64,000 bases of DNA, from positions 49,788,001 through 49,852,000 of the forward strand of contig NW_024704743.1 in the NCBI RefSeq assembly GCF_018977255.1. The letters are read 5' to 3'. Origin of the DNA: Callorhinchus milii. Taxonomy: Eukaryota. Position numbers and translations under genes: made by a program. The notes below the pieces were generated by a model. It was given only the letters and a program-made list of their open reading frames with translations. It ran no database searches and was not told the origin of the DNA. Positions within the stretch are counted from its first letter, which is position 1, and each line of letters starts with the position of its first letter. Of this stretch, positions 32,908-47,000 are shown piece after piece.

Positions 32908-35289
32908 CTGGGGAATGGGCGGGGGGGGGGGGGGGGGGGGGGGAGCGTGGGCAAAGAGGGAGAAGAGACAGACAAAAAGACCATAAATTAAAATGTTTCA
33001 TAATAATATTTTCTGACCACATGCCTTTGTCAATATCTATATAAAAAAAATTTTAGTTGCTAAATATTCAAAGTGGAGAGAGAGAGGTCAAAAAAGTTGC
33101 ACCAACACAGAATACAAAGCATATAATTGCGATATAACTGCAATATTATTATTATTATAAATCACTTTTGTCCAAAACTCTGCAGTTTTTATTTCTTTAT
33201 ATTTCAGTTTTAAATAGATTTTCTTATGGTACATATATCATTTAATAAAACCAAGAAATGCCGGAATTGAATTGAAGTGGGTGAGTTGGCAAATGGCTCT
33301 TTTACATTCCGCGTATTGATGTGCCAACAAGTCCCAGTTTAGATCTGCACAGAAGAAGCTCATTTCTCTGATGGGTAATGAATAATTTGTTTGAAAAAGT
33401 CCATTTGCATTATGCTTTCACATCACCTTTGATCTCTTTCTCTCGCCGCTTTGAACATTCATTTACTGCTTCCGCACTACAACCTTTATAGATCTTAGAA
33501 GAAACAGGAAAATACTGAATGCAACAGTCATTTATCATCTTACCATTGTAGTTGTTCAGAAAAGGTAACATAGCTGCATTATTACATTTAGAGAAATATG
33601 ATGTTACATAGCCTCAAAACAAACTCATGTCTTTTATCTTGTTACTTACTGGTGGTGGCAAATACTTAAAGCTGTTTGCTAGGTCACTGTGATGTTTTTT
33701 TATAATCATAGTCACATTGTTAGTTTGCTATTCCTAGAAGTCATATCTCATGTTAAGGCAATTTGCACATGAAATAGATGCAGCTAGTAACCATGGAGAA
33801 ACTGCATTCAACCATCTTAAATATCATAATTCGCACATTTCATGCTATGGAATCAAACCAATACTTTGTAACCAAATATCAATCTAGCATTTGGCAGGCA
33901 GAAACCTGCCAGAAACTCAATTTACATAATGAAATTGGTTTCTTCCTCTCAACAGAGAGGATTGAGTTGCGTCATGTTATACCTAAAACCCAGTTCATTG
34001 GGGGAAAATTCCACCTGGGTTTGGATTCACTCTATTCAGCATTTTAGAACATCCTGAATGACGAAAATTGTTGAATTCAGTCTTAGCTTTGAAGTTACTT
34101 TTCTGTAGTTCTTGAAAAGAACTCTTAGAACAAAACACCTTCAAAATTAAGGTTGTGTTTAACAATTTGTCAAATTCTGGACGCTCTTAAAATGCTCTAT
34201 AAATAAAGTAAATCTTGACTCAGATGAAATTTCTCCCCATTGATGTTTAACCAGGCTGAATAAGCCAAATAGGTCTTGGTATTTTGCAGTTATAAACAAT
34301 ATATACAAGTCAGTCTTATTTGTTTCCCATGTTCATTTTTTGCAAAGAAATGAAAGTATGAATGAATTTTTATTCTGAAAGCAATAGCTATTCTAATCAC
34401 TTTATTTCTACCTTGCCCCCTCCCCATCAACATTTCTGTTCTAATGTTATCCCTCCTCTCTTTTTTTGCCTCTATTAGGGTATAGCTTCATGGAATATGG
34501 TTGCTGTTCTGTACCTCCTCAAAGTGGCCATTATTCCTGTATCAAACTTGAAAGTGAGTTTGTAGGCTGATCGACTATGAGACGGAATTGCAGTTAAACC
34601 TGATTCAGTCCCACACATGGAGAAGGAACCCTGGTCGATCTTCACCTTCACTAAACTGGAGTACTATGGCAGGTTGTAGCATTTTAAATAGTGCTCCAGG
34701 TAAGGTTAAGTAACACAGCGAAGAGCAGGGATTGAGCCCATGATCTTGTGCAATCTGATTTAGTGCTGTATAATAATAATAATAGTAATAGAGTGGTGCC
34801 TTTATCCATTGTACCACTGATAGAGTTTTAATTTCATAATTAGACAGTCATCCAGCTCCTTTTTAAAGGAATTGATCAACATGAATATAAAATAGTTATA
34901 TTTTTATGTTGCTATGTTATATTAATCATGTCATGCTGATCAAATGAGGAAGTATTGGATCAGTGGAGTATATGGGAAAGGGGATTAGGAGGAATGAAGG
35001 CTCATGTAGACTGTAAACACTGGCACCGACTAGTTGTTTGTTACTGTACTATAAGAGTCTGCGTAATAACAGCAACTGATTTTGATGAGAGTCTATTCCA
35101 CAAATCTACCATATGAGGAACAAACATTTTTCCATTCCCGTGAGATGTGTTCATTTTCTACTTATATCCTCTAGTTCTGCGGTGAAAAAAAGTTGAGTTC
35201 AACAAGTTTGTTTTCTGAACTGTTGTAAGTAGTAAAATAAACCCTATTGCATGCATTCTTCACTGAACTTCATACTGATGTACAAATCA

Positions 35290-35612
35290 CTTCATGCCCT
35301 GGCACCTTGCTCCTCACCGACCTGCTTATACCTCAATCCTCTACTCCCTACCCCCATTCCCCCTTCTGACCTCCTGCACATCCCTTGTCGTCTCTGCTCC
35401 ACCACTGGAGACTGTGCTTTCAGCCACTAGGCTCCAAGACTTAAGAATTCTGCCTCAATCCCTCTGCCGTTCCTCCACCTGAAGACCTGCCTCTTTGACA
35501 ATGCCTAGGTCACTTCCCCTCTCTCTCTCTGGCTCAGTGCTAAGCTCTATCTTTGTTAAATACTCCAAAATGCTACCCCACATAAAGGGGACTATATAAA
35601 TGGAAGTTGTTT
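35290..35612 (+). mobile_element. L2 LINE 3' end fragment
   Basis: Degenerate ORF2 C-terminus (gccctggcacctt...ttcagccactaggctcc...gaagacctgcctctttgac) and tail ctatataaatggaagttgt. Confidence 0.6.
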
Positions 35613-37338
35613 TTGAATCATCTCCAATGAATCAATATAATTTTGAAGGTAAGGTGTCCAAAATTGCAATGAATCCAATTCTGGTCTAAATAATGAGTTA
35701 CACAGAAAATAAATAAATTTCATTACTTTTGATCAAATGTCCTTGAGATACATGTTAGAAAATGCCAAACCTATTCAGTCGTTTTAGAATTTGCAAGCAT
35801 CATTTCTAAAGACAATTGAACAACAAGATGCATTCATGTAGCGTCCTTCACTTAGGATAATGTCTTCGAGCGCTGTATTATGACGAATTACCACATTTTC
35901 GATTTCCTATTCTCATAATATTTCAATTCAACATATTCATTAAAGAATCCAACTGACCTTAAATATTCATTGTGTTTTTTTTATTTAGCTGAAAAAATAT
36001 CTTGCTACTATCCATTCTTCTACATTTCTATTATCCTCTCACGCTTTTTCTCCTGAATCAATGCATTTATCACATTGAAAGCATTCACAGAGGACTCAGT
36101 CCTCTTCCACCTATTGGTGCAGTTGATGCCAAGCAACAATTTCCAAAGTCACAATCTTCCCATATGTAAGGAAATAATTAAAATAACTCTGCGGAAAAGG
36201 ACTGATTGACTTATCTCACAAAATTTAATTATTTAGGAAAAAATGAATAATACTTTCCTTGGCTTTGAGTCCCCATCTCACTGGTTGGGGCCTCTGATAA
36301 GGAGAGAAAGAGAGAGAGAGAGGGAGAGAATGGAGGCTGACTGACTATAAGTATGAGCTGGTGTCTTTGTTAGGACTGCTGAAATTCTCCCAGAGAAAAG
36401 CTGGCTAATTAAATACCTAATTCTCTACTTAGTTGAGCTTTATCTGGCAGATATTGTTTTAAAACTGCGTTATTATTATTTGACAATCTGAATTGTCCTC
36501 CCGATGTGAAAGGCGCTATACAAATGTAATTTGATGTTGAATAAAATTAATTATTGTTTTCCATATTCAATGTCAACATTTGAGTTATTACCTGCCCCGG
36601 TAAACCCTACACGCACAATCTGTGTATCTCATGACCTGTGATAATGTTTGGCCACTCTACTTCATCCTTCATTCCCTTAAACAATCTGGGAGACACTGAG
36701 CTCTTTAGCCGGTCTCCTGACAATCTCAAGTAGATCTTTTGTTTTGATTCTTTGTCTTCCTGAGCCACTTTTCCATTTTGCTTCTACTTGTACAATCAGT
36801 TCTTCCACAATAACTATTACATAACTGGATTGCAATGTCAGAGCATTGAACGAATACAATAAAGTCCTCTTAGAAACAAGTGTCTTCCCCACATTCCCTT
36901 CCATTTTCCAAGCAGTTGGTAATGTTAGCGTATCTAATTTAGTACTCTGACACCTCTTTCTATTCTTTCTTTAATCTTCTGTGTAGCAGGCATTACCCTC
37001 TGAGCCTGTCGCCTAGATTGCTGCCAATGTGGGATTCCAAAACAAAACAAATTAAATGACAAAATGTGTGAAAACTCAACAGTTTTAGCAAAGGAAACAA
37101 TGTTCGAAATTGAAACAAAATAAATGAAAGCAAGTACAAATACTAGCTCCAATTAAGTATAAGACAGTGAAATCTTGTTTGTCAGTCTCAAAATAGTTTT
37201 TTTCAATACAATGCTTGTACGTTGTGTGCTTATATAGAAATTTACAGCACATATGAAGGTCATATGGCTCATTTTTTTTGTGCTGGCTCTTTGAAAGAGC
37301 AATCCATTCAGTCCCATTCACGTGCCTTTACCCCATAG

Positions 37339-37700
37339 TGGAATCCTGTAGCTCAGTGGTCAGAGCACTCGCCTCGCAAGCGAGAGACCTGGGTTCTATT
37401 CCCGGCAGGGCAAAATTTGGGCAAGTTTCCTTACTCCACACACTTGTTTACCGAGCAGTGAGTAGGAATCGATTGTTAGTCGATTGGTGGATCACTTTTA
37501 TGGGGGTAATAATCCCTCAAAAAAACCATAGTAATTTGGTCACTCAATCTACGGCTGTTTGTGGGACACTGTTGTGCGCAATTGGCTGCCGTGTTTCGCC
37601 CACAAATTTACAGTCAATTCACTTTACAGTATATTCTGTGAAGCACTTTGAGACGTGTAGAAGATGTGAAAAACGCTATATCAAATGCAAGAATTATTAT
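37339..37700 (+). mobile_element. Full-length SINE, long subfamily
   Basis: tggaatcctgtagctcagtggtcagagcactcgcctcgcaagcgagagacctgggttc head, internal segment and tail. Confidence 0.9.
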
Positions 37701-40379
37701 ATCCTGCAAATTGTTCCTTCTTAGATATCTATCTTGTCTCTTTTTTAAAGCTAATATGGGTTCTGCCTTGAGCACTACACATCCCCAGGTATTACTGGTC
37801 AATCAGTTAGTGACGAGAGGGTAGTAGTTTAAGATAGTTAGCAAACAGCAAGTGGGGAGGTTAGAAGCAATGTTTTCATGCACAGAATAGTTAGGATGTG
37901 GAATGCTCTGCCGGAAGCATTAGTTGTTCAGGCAGAATCCATTTTAGCTTTCAAATAAGGACTGGATGCTTTGTGACACACTTTGTGTGTCAGCTTGGCT
38001 CAGTCGTAGAACTCTTCTCTATGAGTCAAAATGTTGTAGGTTCAATCCTTGCATTTGATATAACACCTGATCACAATGCTGAGATACTTCGAAGCGCTTC
38101 ACTGGATATATTGTATAGTGATTAGAATGTGTATTTTGTGAGCGAAATTTTTAAATTTCTGTAAATTTCCAAGGTTCTATGATTCTAAAAAATATGTAGA
38201 TGACATCCAATTCTAGCTCTCTGTCTCTGTCCAGGACTGCAAGAACAAACTGTTGTGATAGACTGCCTGTCAGACATCATGCCTGGATGAGCCTTACTTT
38301 CTTCATAGGATCATTGACAAAATCAAACCAACCAGCTCAACAACTGCCAGAACCTCCTCACCTCTGCCTCTGACTGTATCAGTGTGAAAGCTCACTCCAG
38401 CTCATGGAACCTGTACACAATCCTGGCATAATTTGATCAACCCTGGGCTCTTCTTTAAACTCTCCATCTATTATAGACCTATCTTCTTCAGCCTCTCTGC
38501 CCCCACCCTTTGGAACTCCATTCCACATGCCCTTTGCCTCGCTCCTGAAGGGAATACACAGAAGCATATTGATGATTGACTCTCTTGCTGAAGGTTTGCA
38601 GATGCTGCAGATGACGCCCCAGTGGATTCCCCAACCTCCAGTGATTCATTATTGTGTGCTTTGCTTTTTTTTGCTAGATTAAATAATTGATCTAAATAAT
38701 CTAACAGAAGCATGTAAGGAATTATTACAACAGGATAAAATGTCAACCTTAATATAAATAATAATACTTGTATTTGATATAGCACCTTATCACATCATCG
38801 AAATGTAAAGTGCTTCACAGGATTATTTAATGTGGTGACTGTGTATTGTGTAGGCTAATGCAGAAGTGAATTTGTGCACAGCAATATCCTATAAGCAACC
38901 ATGAATGAATGACAAATTTTATTTGGGGGATTGTTGGTCAGGATATTCAGAAAAATTCTTCTATTTTCCAACAGTACCATAGGATTTTTAATGTCCACCT
39001 GAATAGGCAGAAGGGACCTTGGTTTAAAGTCTCATCCAAAGCATGGCACCTCAAGTACTGCATTGGAATATCAGCCTAGATTTTCATCATATATTCCTTA
39101 TGTTCACACAAGGATCAGGTTACCTCAATATTTATTTAATTGTAAAAATGTTTATCAGCTGGCACCCAAGTTACAGAATGTTGTGTTCGTAGATTTTTCC
39201 AGACTTAGAGTCTGGTTCACCCTTAATTAATCGCAGATACTTTACTAAAGGGAATGTTCTCCGAATTGCCTTAAGTGTAAAACATACAATATTGCTGGGG
39301 ATTATCAACAAAATTCACAGGATCAAATTAAACTATCGCTACAGTCACTGTCCTCTGAACCTAGTATCATTTTGTGGGCAGATGCAGAAGAGCAGGCAGA
39401 TCATATCAGCCTCTCTGTGAAGACAAAACCGACAACATATGATTGAATTAATGGAGAGAGTACACTTGCCCTGGAAAAGGAGGCAGACTGCTACAGATGT
39501 AAAACCACTAGGGGTCCAAATAAGCAGGAGGAGTTACAGTTTTGAATCTTTCTACTCAGGGACTTCATGAATTTGTATACAGACAGAATCAACACACTGT
39601 TTAATATATGCATGCTGGTTACCAGGAGAAAATGTATTTAAAACTTACCAGACATCCATGACTGAGTTTCTCCCTCTGGGACTAATTTGAGATCTTTCTT
39701 ATCTTTCTGACCAAGTGAGTGTTTTTTTTGTTTTAGCACCAAACTTCCATTGACCTTTTTTGACCTTTGTGCATTCAAGTCAATTTTGTTTGAGACTGTT
39801 TCTGATGGTTGTTAAAGTGTTTTCCACAGTTTTGCGATGTGCAATGAATTTTTCTCTATTTTCCATTTTCTTTTTGTCTGTGAATAATTCATCTTTCTGA
39901 AGTAAGCAGTGTTTTCAGTATTCATAAGAATGGTTCCCTATATCTTGACAGTTACTTCTCTCACTCTACATTTGCAGGCACCCAAGCTACAGAATACAAC
40001 ATCTTGGGACTCCTCCTGATGTGAAAGCCGCTATATAAATGAATTTTCTTGTTATTGTTGGAAGGAGCTACACCTCCACTTTTCGATATCTCTCTCCACC
40101 ATCAGCAAAATTAGGGTTGAAAAGTATAAATTACACAACTACAGCCTACTTTGTAAGGACTTAAGACACATTTTTAACACAGATTCAATCCAGGACATTT
40201 CACGAGAAACAGCAAAAGAACACTGTCAATCAAAAACTTTATGTGATATTCCCCTGTCCAATTCCATGCTCTCTTGTGTCCCAAAACCAGCCATTTATAC
40301 AACTCCACAGTGAACCATCACTATGCAAGTTACAGAAAAAAACACTTATATAGAATGAAGAATTATACCATGCACAGGG

Positions 40380-40822
40380 ATTGATGGGAGAAGGAAGGAG
40401 AGAAATGAGGAAGAGGGGGGAGAGAGAGAGGACAGAGGGAAGGGAGCGGTGAGAAGGAGGGAGAAGTGAGAAAGAGGCGAGGAAGGGGAAACAATTGTGA
40501 ATAATTTTAATAGTGGCAAGTAAGAGAAAGCTAAGAAAGAAAGAGCGAGTGTTACACACAAGGAAATTACAGGGAATAGACATAATTATTGAAAGTGACT
40601 GGGCCAAAGCAGGAACAGTGGCAGTGAAGAAAAAGAGAGAAGGATGGAAAAGAGCATGTTAGGGTGAGAGACAGTGTGCATGCAAGAGACAAAAAGACAG
40701 AAAGACTGAGAGAGACAGACAGAATGATGGATGAAATTACAGATTGAGACACCGGGAACAAACCCACAGGGAGATGGGATAGACATTGAGAGGATGACAT
40801 AGACAGAAAATGAGGAAGAAAA
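40380..40822. repeat. Purine (GA)-rich low-complexity tract
   Basis: Strong G/A strand bias; source of the Leu/Ser/Phe-rich spurious ORFs on the minus strand. Confidence 0.75.
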
Positions 40823-42405
40823 TATAATATAATAATAATAATCCTTGAATTTGATATAGCGCTTTTCATGTCTTCTCGACATCTCAAAGCGCTCACATAA
40901 TAGACTGTAAAGTGAATTGACTGTCTATTTGTGCAGCCAATTGTGCACAGCAGTGTCCCACAAACAGTCATGGATTGAAAATGACCAATTTATTTTGTTT
41001 TGGAGGGATTATTAGAAATATCAGAAATACACGGACAGAAACAGGAGACAGAGACTCAATATCAAAGTATACACATCGCAAGTCACTCTTATTAGACCCT
41101 CATTCTCAGGTAAATCCTCTCCTTATTGTCCATCCTGGGATGAGCCACTTTTATAGACTTAATATAATCAATGCAGTTCAAAAAACGTTTTTAGGACTCC
41201 AGTTCTGACTTTGCTACCACTAGTGTATAATGTAATATTTATTGATATAAAGTGCCTCATTGAAATAGCCAATTTTTTTCTGTGCTCAAATTGGCCGCTA
41301 TATTTTGTCTACAAAATACAGTCACTACACTTTACAGTGCCTGGCATGAAAGACACTATATAAATTAAATTTGTTGTCGTTCTGAAGTGCTTTGAGAATG
41401 CCTCCTGACATGAAGGGTGCCAAGCCAAATATAAGGATTCCTAGGATTGTTATAATTTCATCCAAACTCTCTAACAGTTATTCATTTGGTGACATAGATT
41501 GGTCTTAAACCCAGATTCTCAAATAGAAAGGTCAGGAATTTAACCTTTGTGTCACCTACTGTCCTATTATATTATTAATACTACATTTATACTGTAGACA
41601 TTTACTTTCAAAGTTGAGTTCCTATTATGTAGTTCTGGTTGGCGTGATGTACTTCTACTACTGAAAGGACTTTCATTCGGATTCCTTATTTAGACATTTT
41701 GTTAAAATCACTGCGTATACTGAAATAAGATTTTTTTAAAAGCACCAAGCAACTCAGTTAAGGCCTGGTTTATGTTATTAAGTCAATGAACTAAGCAGTA
41801 ACACAATTCAAACCTTATCCAAATAAAATCATTTCAGCTGCCTGCATATTTTTAAGATAGATACCTCTGTGCAGCTTCAGGGGAAATATTGCATTGTCAC
41901 AGGAGCCCTCTTTTGGATGAGATATTTTGTTTGTCTACCCATCTATGAGGATGTTTAAGAACTATTCAATAACAGAAGGGAGTTTCTCCCAGTGTCCTGG
42001 CCAACAATCCTCCAGGTAAATCAGTTTGTGGGATATTGCTGTGTGCAAATCGAGTAGTGTTTGCCTACAAATTGCTAAACCTAAAAGTACTTATTATAAA
42101 GTGCTTTGAGATGTTTCAACATAATAGGTGCTATATTAAATATAAAGTTTCTTCTTAATAGGACCAGGGATTTTTTTTACATTGCCATGATCATAATTTG
42201 ATTCAACCCTTCTTTAATACGTGGGAGATATTGAGGATGAGTATTTCTGTAATCAAGCTCTCTAGTGGAGAAGTACTCTAAAAGTGGCCGCTCTCCAAAT
42301 AATGTGGAGCAATGATGTCTGACCTGGAGTTTTATGACTGGTTGTGAGGATGCATTCCATGGGAATGTGAGACCTTGTCCCACCAGACTGCAGATAGTTT
42401 GAAGG

Positions 42406-42619
42406 AATAATAATAACCCTTGCATTTGATATAGCGCCTTATCACATCTTTGAGACATCTCAAAGCGCTCGCTTCACGAAATATACTGTAAAGTGAATTG
42501 ACTGTATATCTTTGCAAGTGAGAGACCTGAGTTCAATTCCAGGCAGGGCAAAACCTTGGGCAAGTTTCCTTACTCCACACACCTAATAGTAATCCCTCCA
42601 AAAGACAAAAACAATAATA
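42406..42619. mobile_element. Internally inverted SINE (minus-strand tail joined to plus-strand head)
   Basis: 42406-42509 is the SINE 3' part on the minus strand; 42510-42619 is SINE nt ~33-142 on the plus strand. Confidence 0.8.
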
Positions 42620-43626
42620 GCATTAATATATTTAAGCATCCAAGCATCCATATATTTAAGAGGAAATGTGATGCATATCCGAAAGAGAAATAAATAGAGG
42701 GATCTTGGGGAAGGCTAAGGAGTGGGGATTAGGAGGCGTGGAGGCTCATGTGGAAAATAAACAATAGTGCGGTTGAGTTGGTCTGTTTCTGTTGTAACAT
42801 TTAAGTTCCTTGGGATGTCCTCCTGACACGAAAGGTGCTATGTAAATGTAAATTATTTCATGTAATTCTATGGAATTTTAAATTGTGGTGCTAGTACAGA
42901 GAGACATTTTCTGAGGGTAAATTTAAAACTACATTTCTCCATATTGTACCAATATTCAGAATATTTCCAATTGGTTTTAACTGTAATTTATATTCCTATT
43001 TCATTTTTGTAGCCTTTTCTTAATGCACATCAACCATGATGAAAACAACATTATTGAGAAACAGATGGGAATATTAATACAGGGCATCATATTCATTATG
43101 TATTTTATTACCTACAGGTTGGCTCATAAATTTTCATAGTCTGCACTGTATTTATAAATCAGACTCCATACGTTATTTAGAGATGTTCTCAAAAATTATA
43201 GTGCAGTTTAGCAGCAAATTAGGATCCTTAATTAGACCCCTTGGCCTCTAGGTGTTGGGTACAAGCTATTTAAGCAATCAGCTCCATTCCTATTTTAGTA
43301 ATTGGGATAAGTGCACACTTCTGCTAATACTTCACAAGATAACAACCTTGAAGACAAAATGCTTTTCAGAAGCAAACAGATGATCTAAATTAAACTGCAC
43401 TCTTTTGGGTGCAAAATCTTTATTGTTCAGCACCTTGGGAAGTCCTCCTGACATGCAAGATGCTATATAAATCCAATTTGTTGTTGTTGTTCTTAAAGTA
43501 TTAATGATTGCAAAATTCCAGGACCTTCTTAGAATGCACATCAGTTCACTTAGAGTTCAGGTTCACTGTGATATACTGGAGGCACAGTATGTATGGCCTC
43601 TGGCACTGACTAGCTAGCTTCCTGTA

Positions 43627-44072
43627 TTTTTTTTATTGAGCAAGGTTAGTCGGTTTCTGTGCTCCACTCACCCCCATTAATCGAATTAGACCAAATCACA
43701 TTCCTTTAGGGAAAGAGAGTTGTCCCCGCAGACAACCCTTTCATCCCACAAACTCTCAAGGCCCCAAATTGTCAATGGACAAAGAAAACCTGTCTTAACA
43801 ACCACCGAAGCAAGTCAGATGATTGAATCACCTCTCTGGCAGGGCAAGCCCAGCCTGAGCCTAGTGACCAAGTACTCAAGTTAGCTCCAAATTTCAATAT
43901 CTCCACTTCCTCTTTGTGAGCGAAGATCAAACTCCTCAGATCGGAAGTACTGCAATACTGATCCAGCCAGGAGCTCAATCGTTTCATAATACATTATTAT
44001 GGGGAGATTTGGTCTCGGCCATGGTCCACACAAGCAAATCTCAACAGGAGATCTTTCTGGCAAGCCCAGAGC
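43627..44072 (-). mobile_element. 3' end of a non-LTR retrotransposon (putative Tx1-clade): ORF C-terminus, 3' UTR, AATAAA-poly(A)
   Basis: The minus strand ends GCTCAATAAAAAAAA. An ORF ending ...IELLAGSVLQYFRSEEFDLRSQRGSGDIEIWS* stops at 43881, where homology to 9840-10092 begins. Clade assignment is tentative. Confidence 0.55.
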
Positions 44073-47000
44073 CATTTGGTCTAACCAATCCGTGCCGGTG
44101 TTAGACATCATATTTCACATAAGTCTCCACCCCTTGTAATCCCATCTCCCATACCCGTTTATTACGTCTGCCTCGTGTGCAAAGATTGGATCAGAAGTGG
44201 GCTCAGCAACTCATAAGCACTCTGCAAGAAGTTTGAAGTAATATGAAATAATGTCACTGATTATCTCATCCATTCTTTCTGCCTGCATTGGGATATGTGA
44301 AAAAAAACAACAATCTTTCAAAGTGTATTAAACGGATCCTTTCAGAAATGGTGAACTATACAGCAAGGCAGGAGCAGTGTGCTCTATAATAAATAGCTGC
44401 CACTAAAATGTCTCTAGAAAGCTGCCTTTTAGAGCAGTACATAAAGTGTATTCAGATCCAGGACCTGCTATATTCATGTTTTGTGCCATTCCTGGCTTGG
44501 GCGTAGATAAGTATTTAATTATATCCTCGCCAACAATCCCACAGACAAAATCGATCATTCTCTTCATGGCTGTTTATGAGATATTACTATTGCCTACCAC
44601 ATTGGTCTACAAAATGCTCGATGACGTAATAAGGCGCTATATGAATACAAGGATTATTTTTATGATTTTTAGTTCAAAGTTGAGATGCATCAAGATGTTG
44701 CAGTGAATAAAGCTGAATAGGGTGTGAGGAGTGAGTGGGGGGGGGGGGGAGGGATTGTACGAAACACACAGGAGCTTATTGTATCCCATTTGCCCAATGC
44801 AGCAAAATCATTGCTTTGCTTTAAGTTGATTTCACATTATTTTGGTGACTTTTTCTGTAGTGCTCTTATAAGTAATTGCAAATTGGTTTTGTCTATGTTG
44901 TGGTCTAAATTACAGACCAACTTGTTTGCAACTTGAAGGCTGCAGAATTTCTGTTTTTAATTTGTAGCTGGTGACCTACGAACCCCATTTCTTCAAAGTA
45001 AAAAATGATCTTTGAAATTGCGTGGCTTCTACTGTGTATTTCACTTCTGAGTGTTTTTGATCCTCAGCCTGTCTACCACACTGAACACCTCATGTGCTTA
45101 ACTACTTTAAAAAATTAGGTAAGCGGGATGTGTCCCTCCAGGGAGAGAGTGCGCATTCCATTCCAACAATCTATCTCTGGAAAGTCTATGTGTTGGTGGG
45201 CTGCATGTAATTCTCAGCTTGGTTTGGATACTCTTAAGCATGGTGATCGGTTTGTGCAAATGGCTGACCAAAAAAAAATGTACTTGGAACTATCACATAG
45301 ATACAAAAATCATCCAGGTCACACGGGAGCAATGGAACTAGAAGTTATGTCCTTCTCATACAGAATGTGCTCCAACCAAAGTCAACCTTGTTTTTTCTTA
45401 TAAGCCTCAAAGTTAAGTGCAGCTTCATTTATACAATAAAGCATTTTGCCAGTGATGCAAAAACCTCAGTATTCATCTCTTCAATTGTTCTAAATAAGGT
45501 GATCAGCTTCTGACAGGAAGAATACTCACTTCCCAAAAACAATTGCTTTTTCACAGTAAAGAGATTGTCCTCCTGCTGAGAGAGATGCTTTCGGTATTGA
45601 ACTAAAATTGCTTCCTGAAGAGGGTTATTCCACAAAGAGGTTTCAGGCACTTTATGAGAGAAAAAAAGGATTATTTGAATATGTCATCTAAGACTTTAGG
45701 AGTATTAAAGTTGTTGTGAATTGTTAATGAAATACATAACTCCTATAAAATGTAAGGCTAGGATCACAATACACAGATCTGATTTTAAAAACAATGGGGG
45801 GTGGGGGGGGGGGGGCAATTCCATTGGATGGTAAAGATGCTGTCTGTGGAGGTATGCTGGGAAGTTGCATTCCAAGCAAATGCGTCCGAACATCTCCAAG
45901 TTCATCCAACCAGTGGAATTTCACCTTATATGTTTGTGCTGATGCTTTGGTTGCAAAGAGAAATGCGTGTGTGTGTGCAAGAGGTTTCTGAAGTGTTTAG
46001 AAGAAGCCATGGGGAAACTGATCATTTGAATTTATCATTTCAAGCTTTGATGCAGAAAAGGACAAATTGAAAATAGGATGAAAATTGGTCACTCGTATAA
46101 CACAACACACAGAGTTAGGCTGCCTTGTACGGATGCCTTGTGGCTATTGTGTTAGGCATGGGTGGAGGGAGCACATAAAATGATCATCACCTTTACTCTG
46201 ATGCTAATCTGCTTTGATACTTTATGTAGGGCATATACTGTATTGCCATTCACTGGTTGACATTGTTGAAATTCTGGTGGTGACATGATAAGTATTCTGA
46301 GTTGATTATTTACTTTAATATAAAAATGTATACAATTTAGAAAGAAAAAACAAGAAAAGCAAGGAAATTTCCCACAGCTAAATACAGACAAATGCCAGAC
46401 ATCATTAGTATCAGCCTGGCTTAGTTGATAACACTCTTGCCTCTGAGTCAGAAGGGTGAGTCAGAAGGGTACAAGCCCAATAATGGTAACACAATATTAG
46501 AAAGGATCTTCTTCATCCAAACCAATCTTGTGTTCTACCATTAAGAGGGAATGTAAAACTGGGGTAAAATACCCTTTTTTCAGAAGTGATTTTGCTTGTA
46601 CACTGGCCCATTATTTAACTAGAAGTCTCTGATTTCTTTCATCTTTCATTTCTTTCACACAGCCTATTGAGGGTTTTTTCAAGTACATGGGATATCTGGC
46701 TTTTAAATGCTACTTTACAGAGTAATGCTCAAAGATTACTGAAATAGCTCAGAAAGCAAGAAAATGGAACAATCACTGCTTAACTCTTTAAAAACAGATC
46801 AAAGGCTAAGAAGGGGAGAATATCTGATTTACTGTACACAAGTGCAAGAAATCTATGTCTAAAGACAAGGTAACATTTTCTGCTCTCTCCCCAACATCTG
46901 AATAATGTAATGCCCAATCTTGCCTGAAAAGCCAAGAGTACTGCTATCTTACACTCCGTTTAATAGGGATCATTTTTAAGAATTGAAAACTGACTGCCTG

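Noticed and set aside
37278..37724. 148-aa ORF and similar recurring peptides (6785, 28340, 32310, 59015)
   Set aside because: Chance reading frames through SINE copies.
40239..40971. Hydrophobic Leu/Ser/Phe-rich ORFs resembling membrane proteins
   Set aside because: They arise from a CT-rich low-complexity strand plus a SINE tail.
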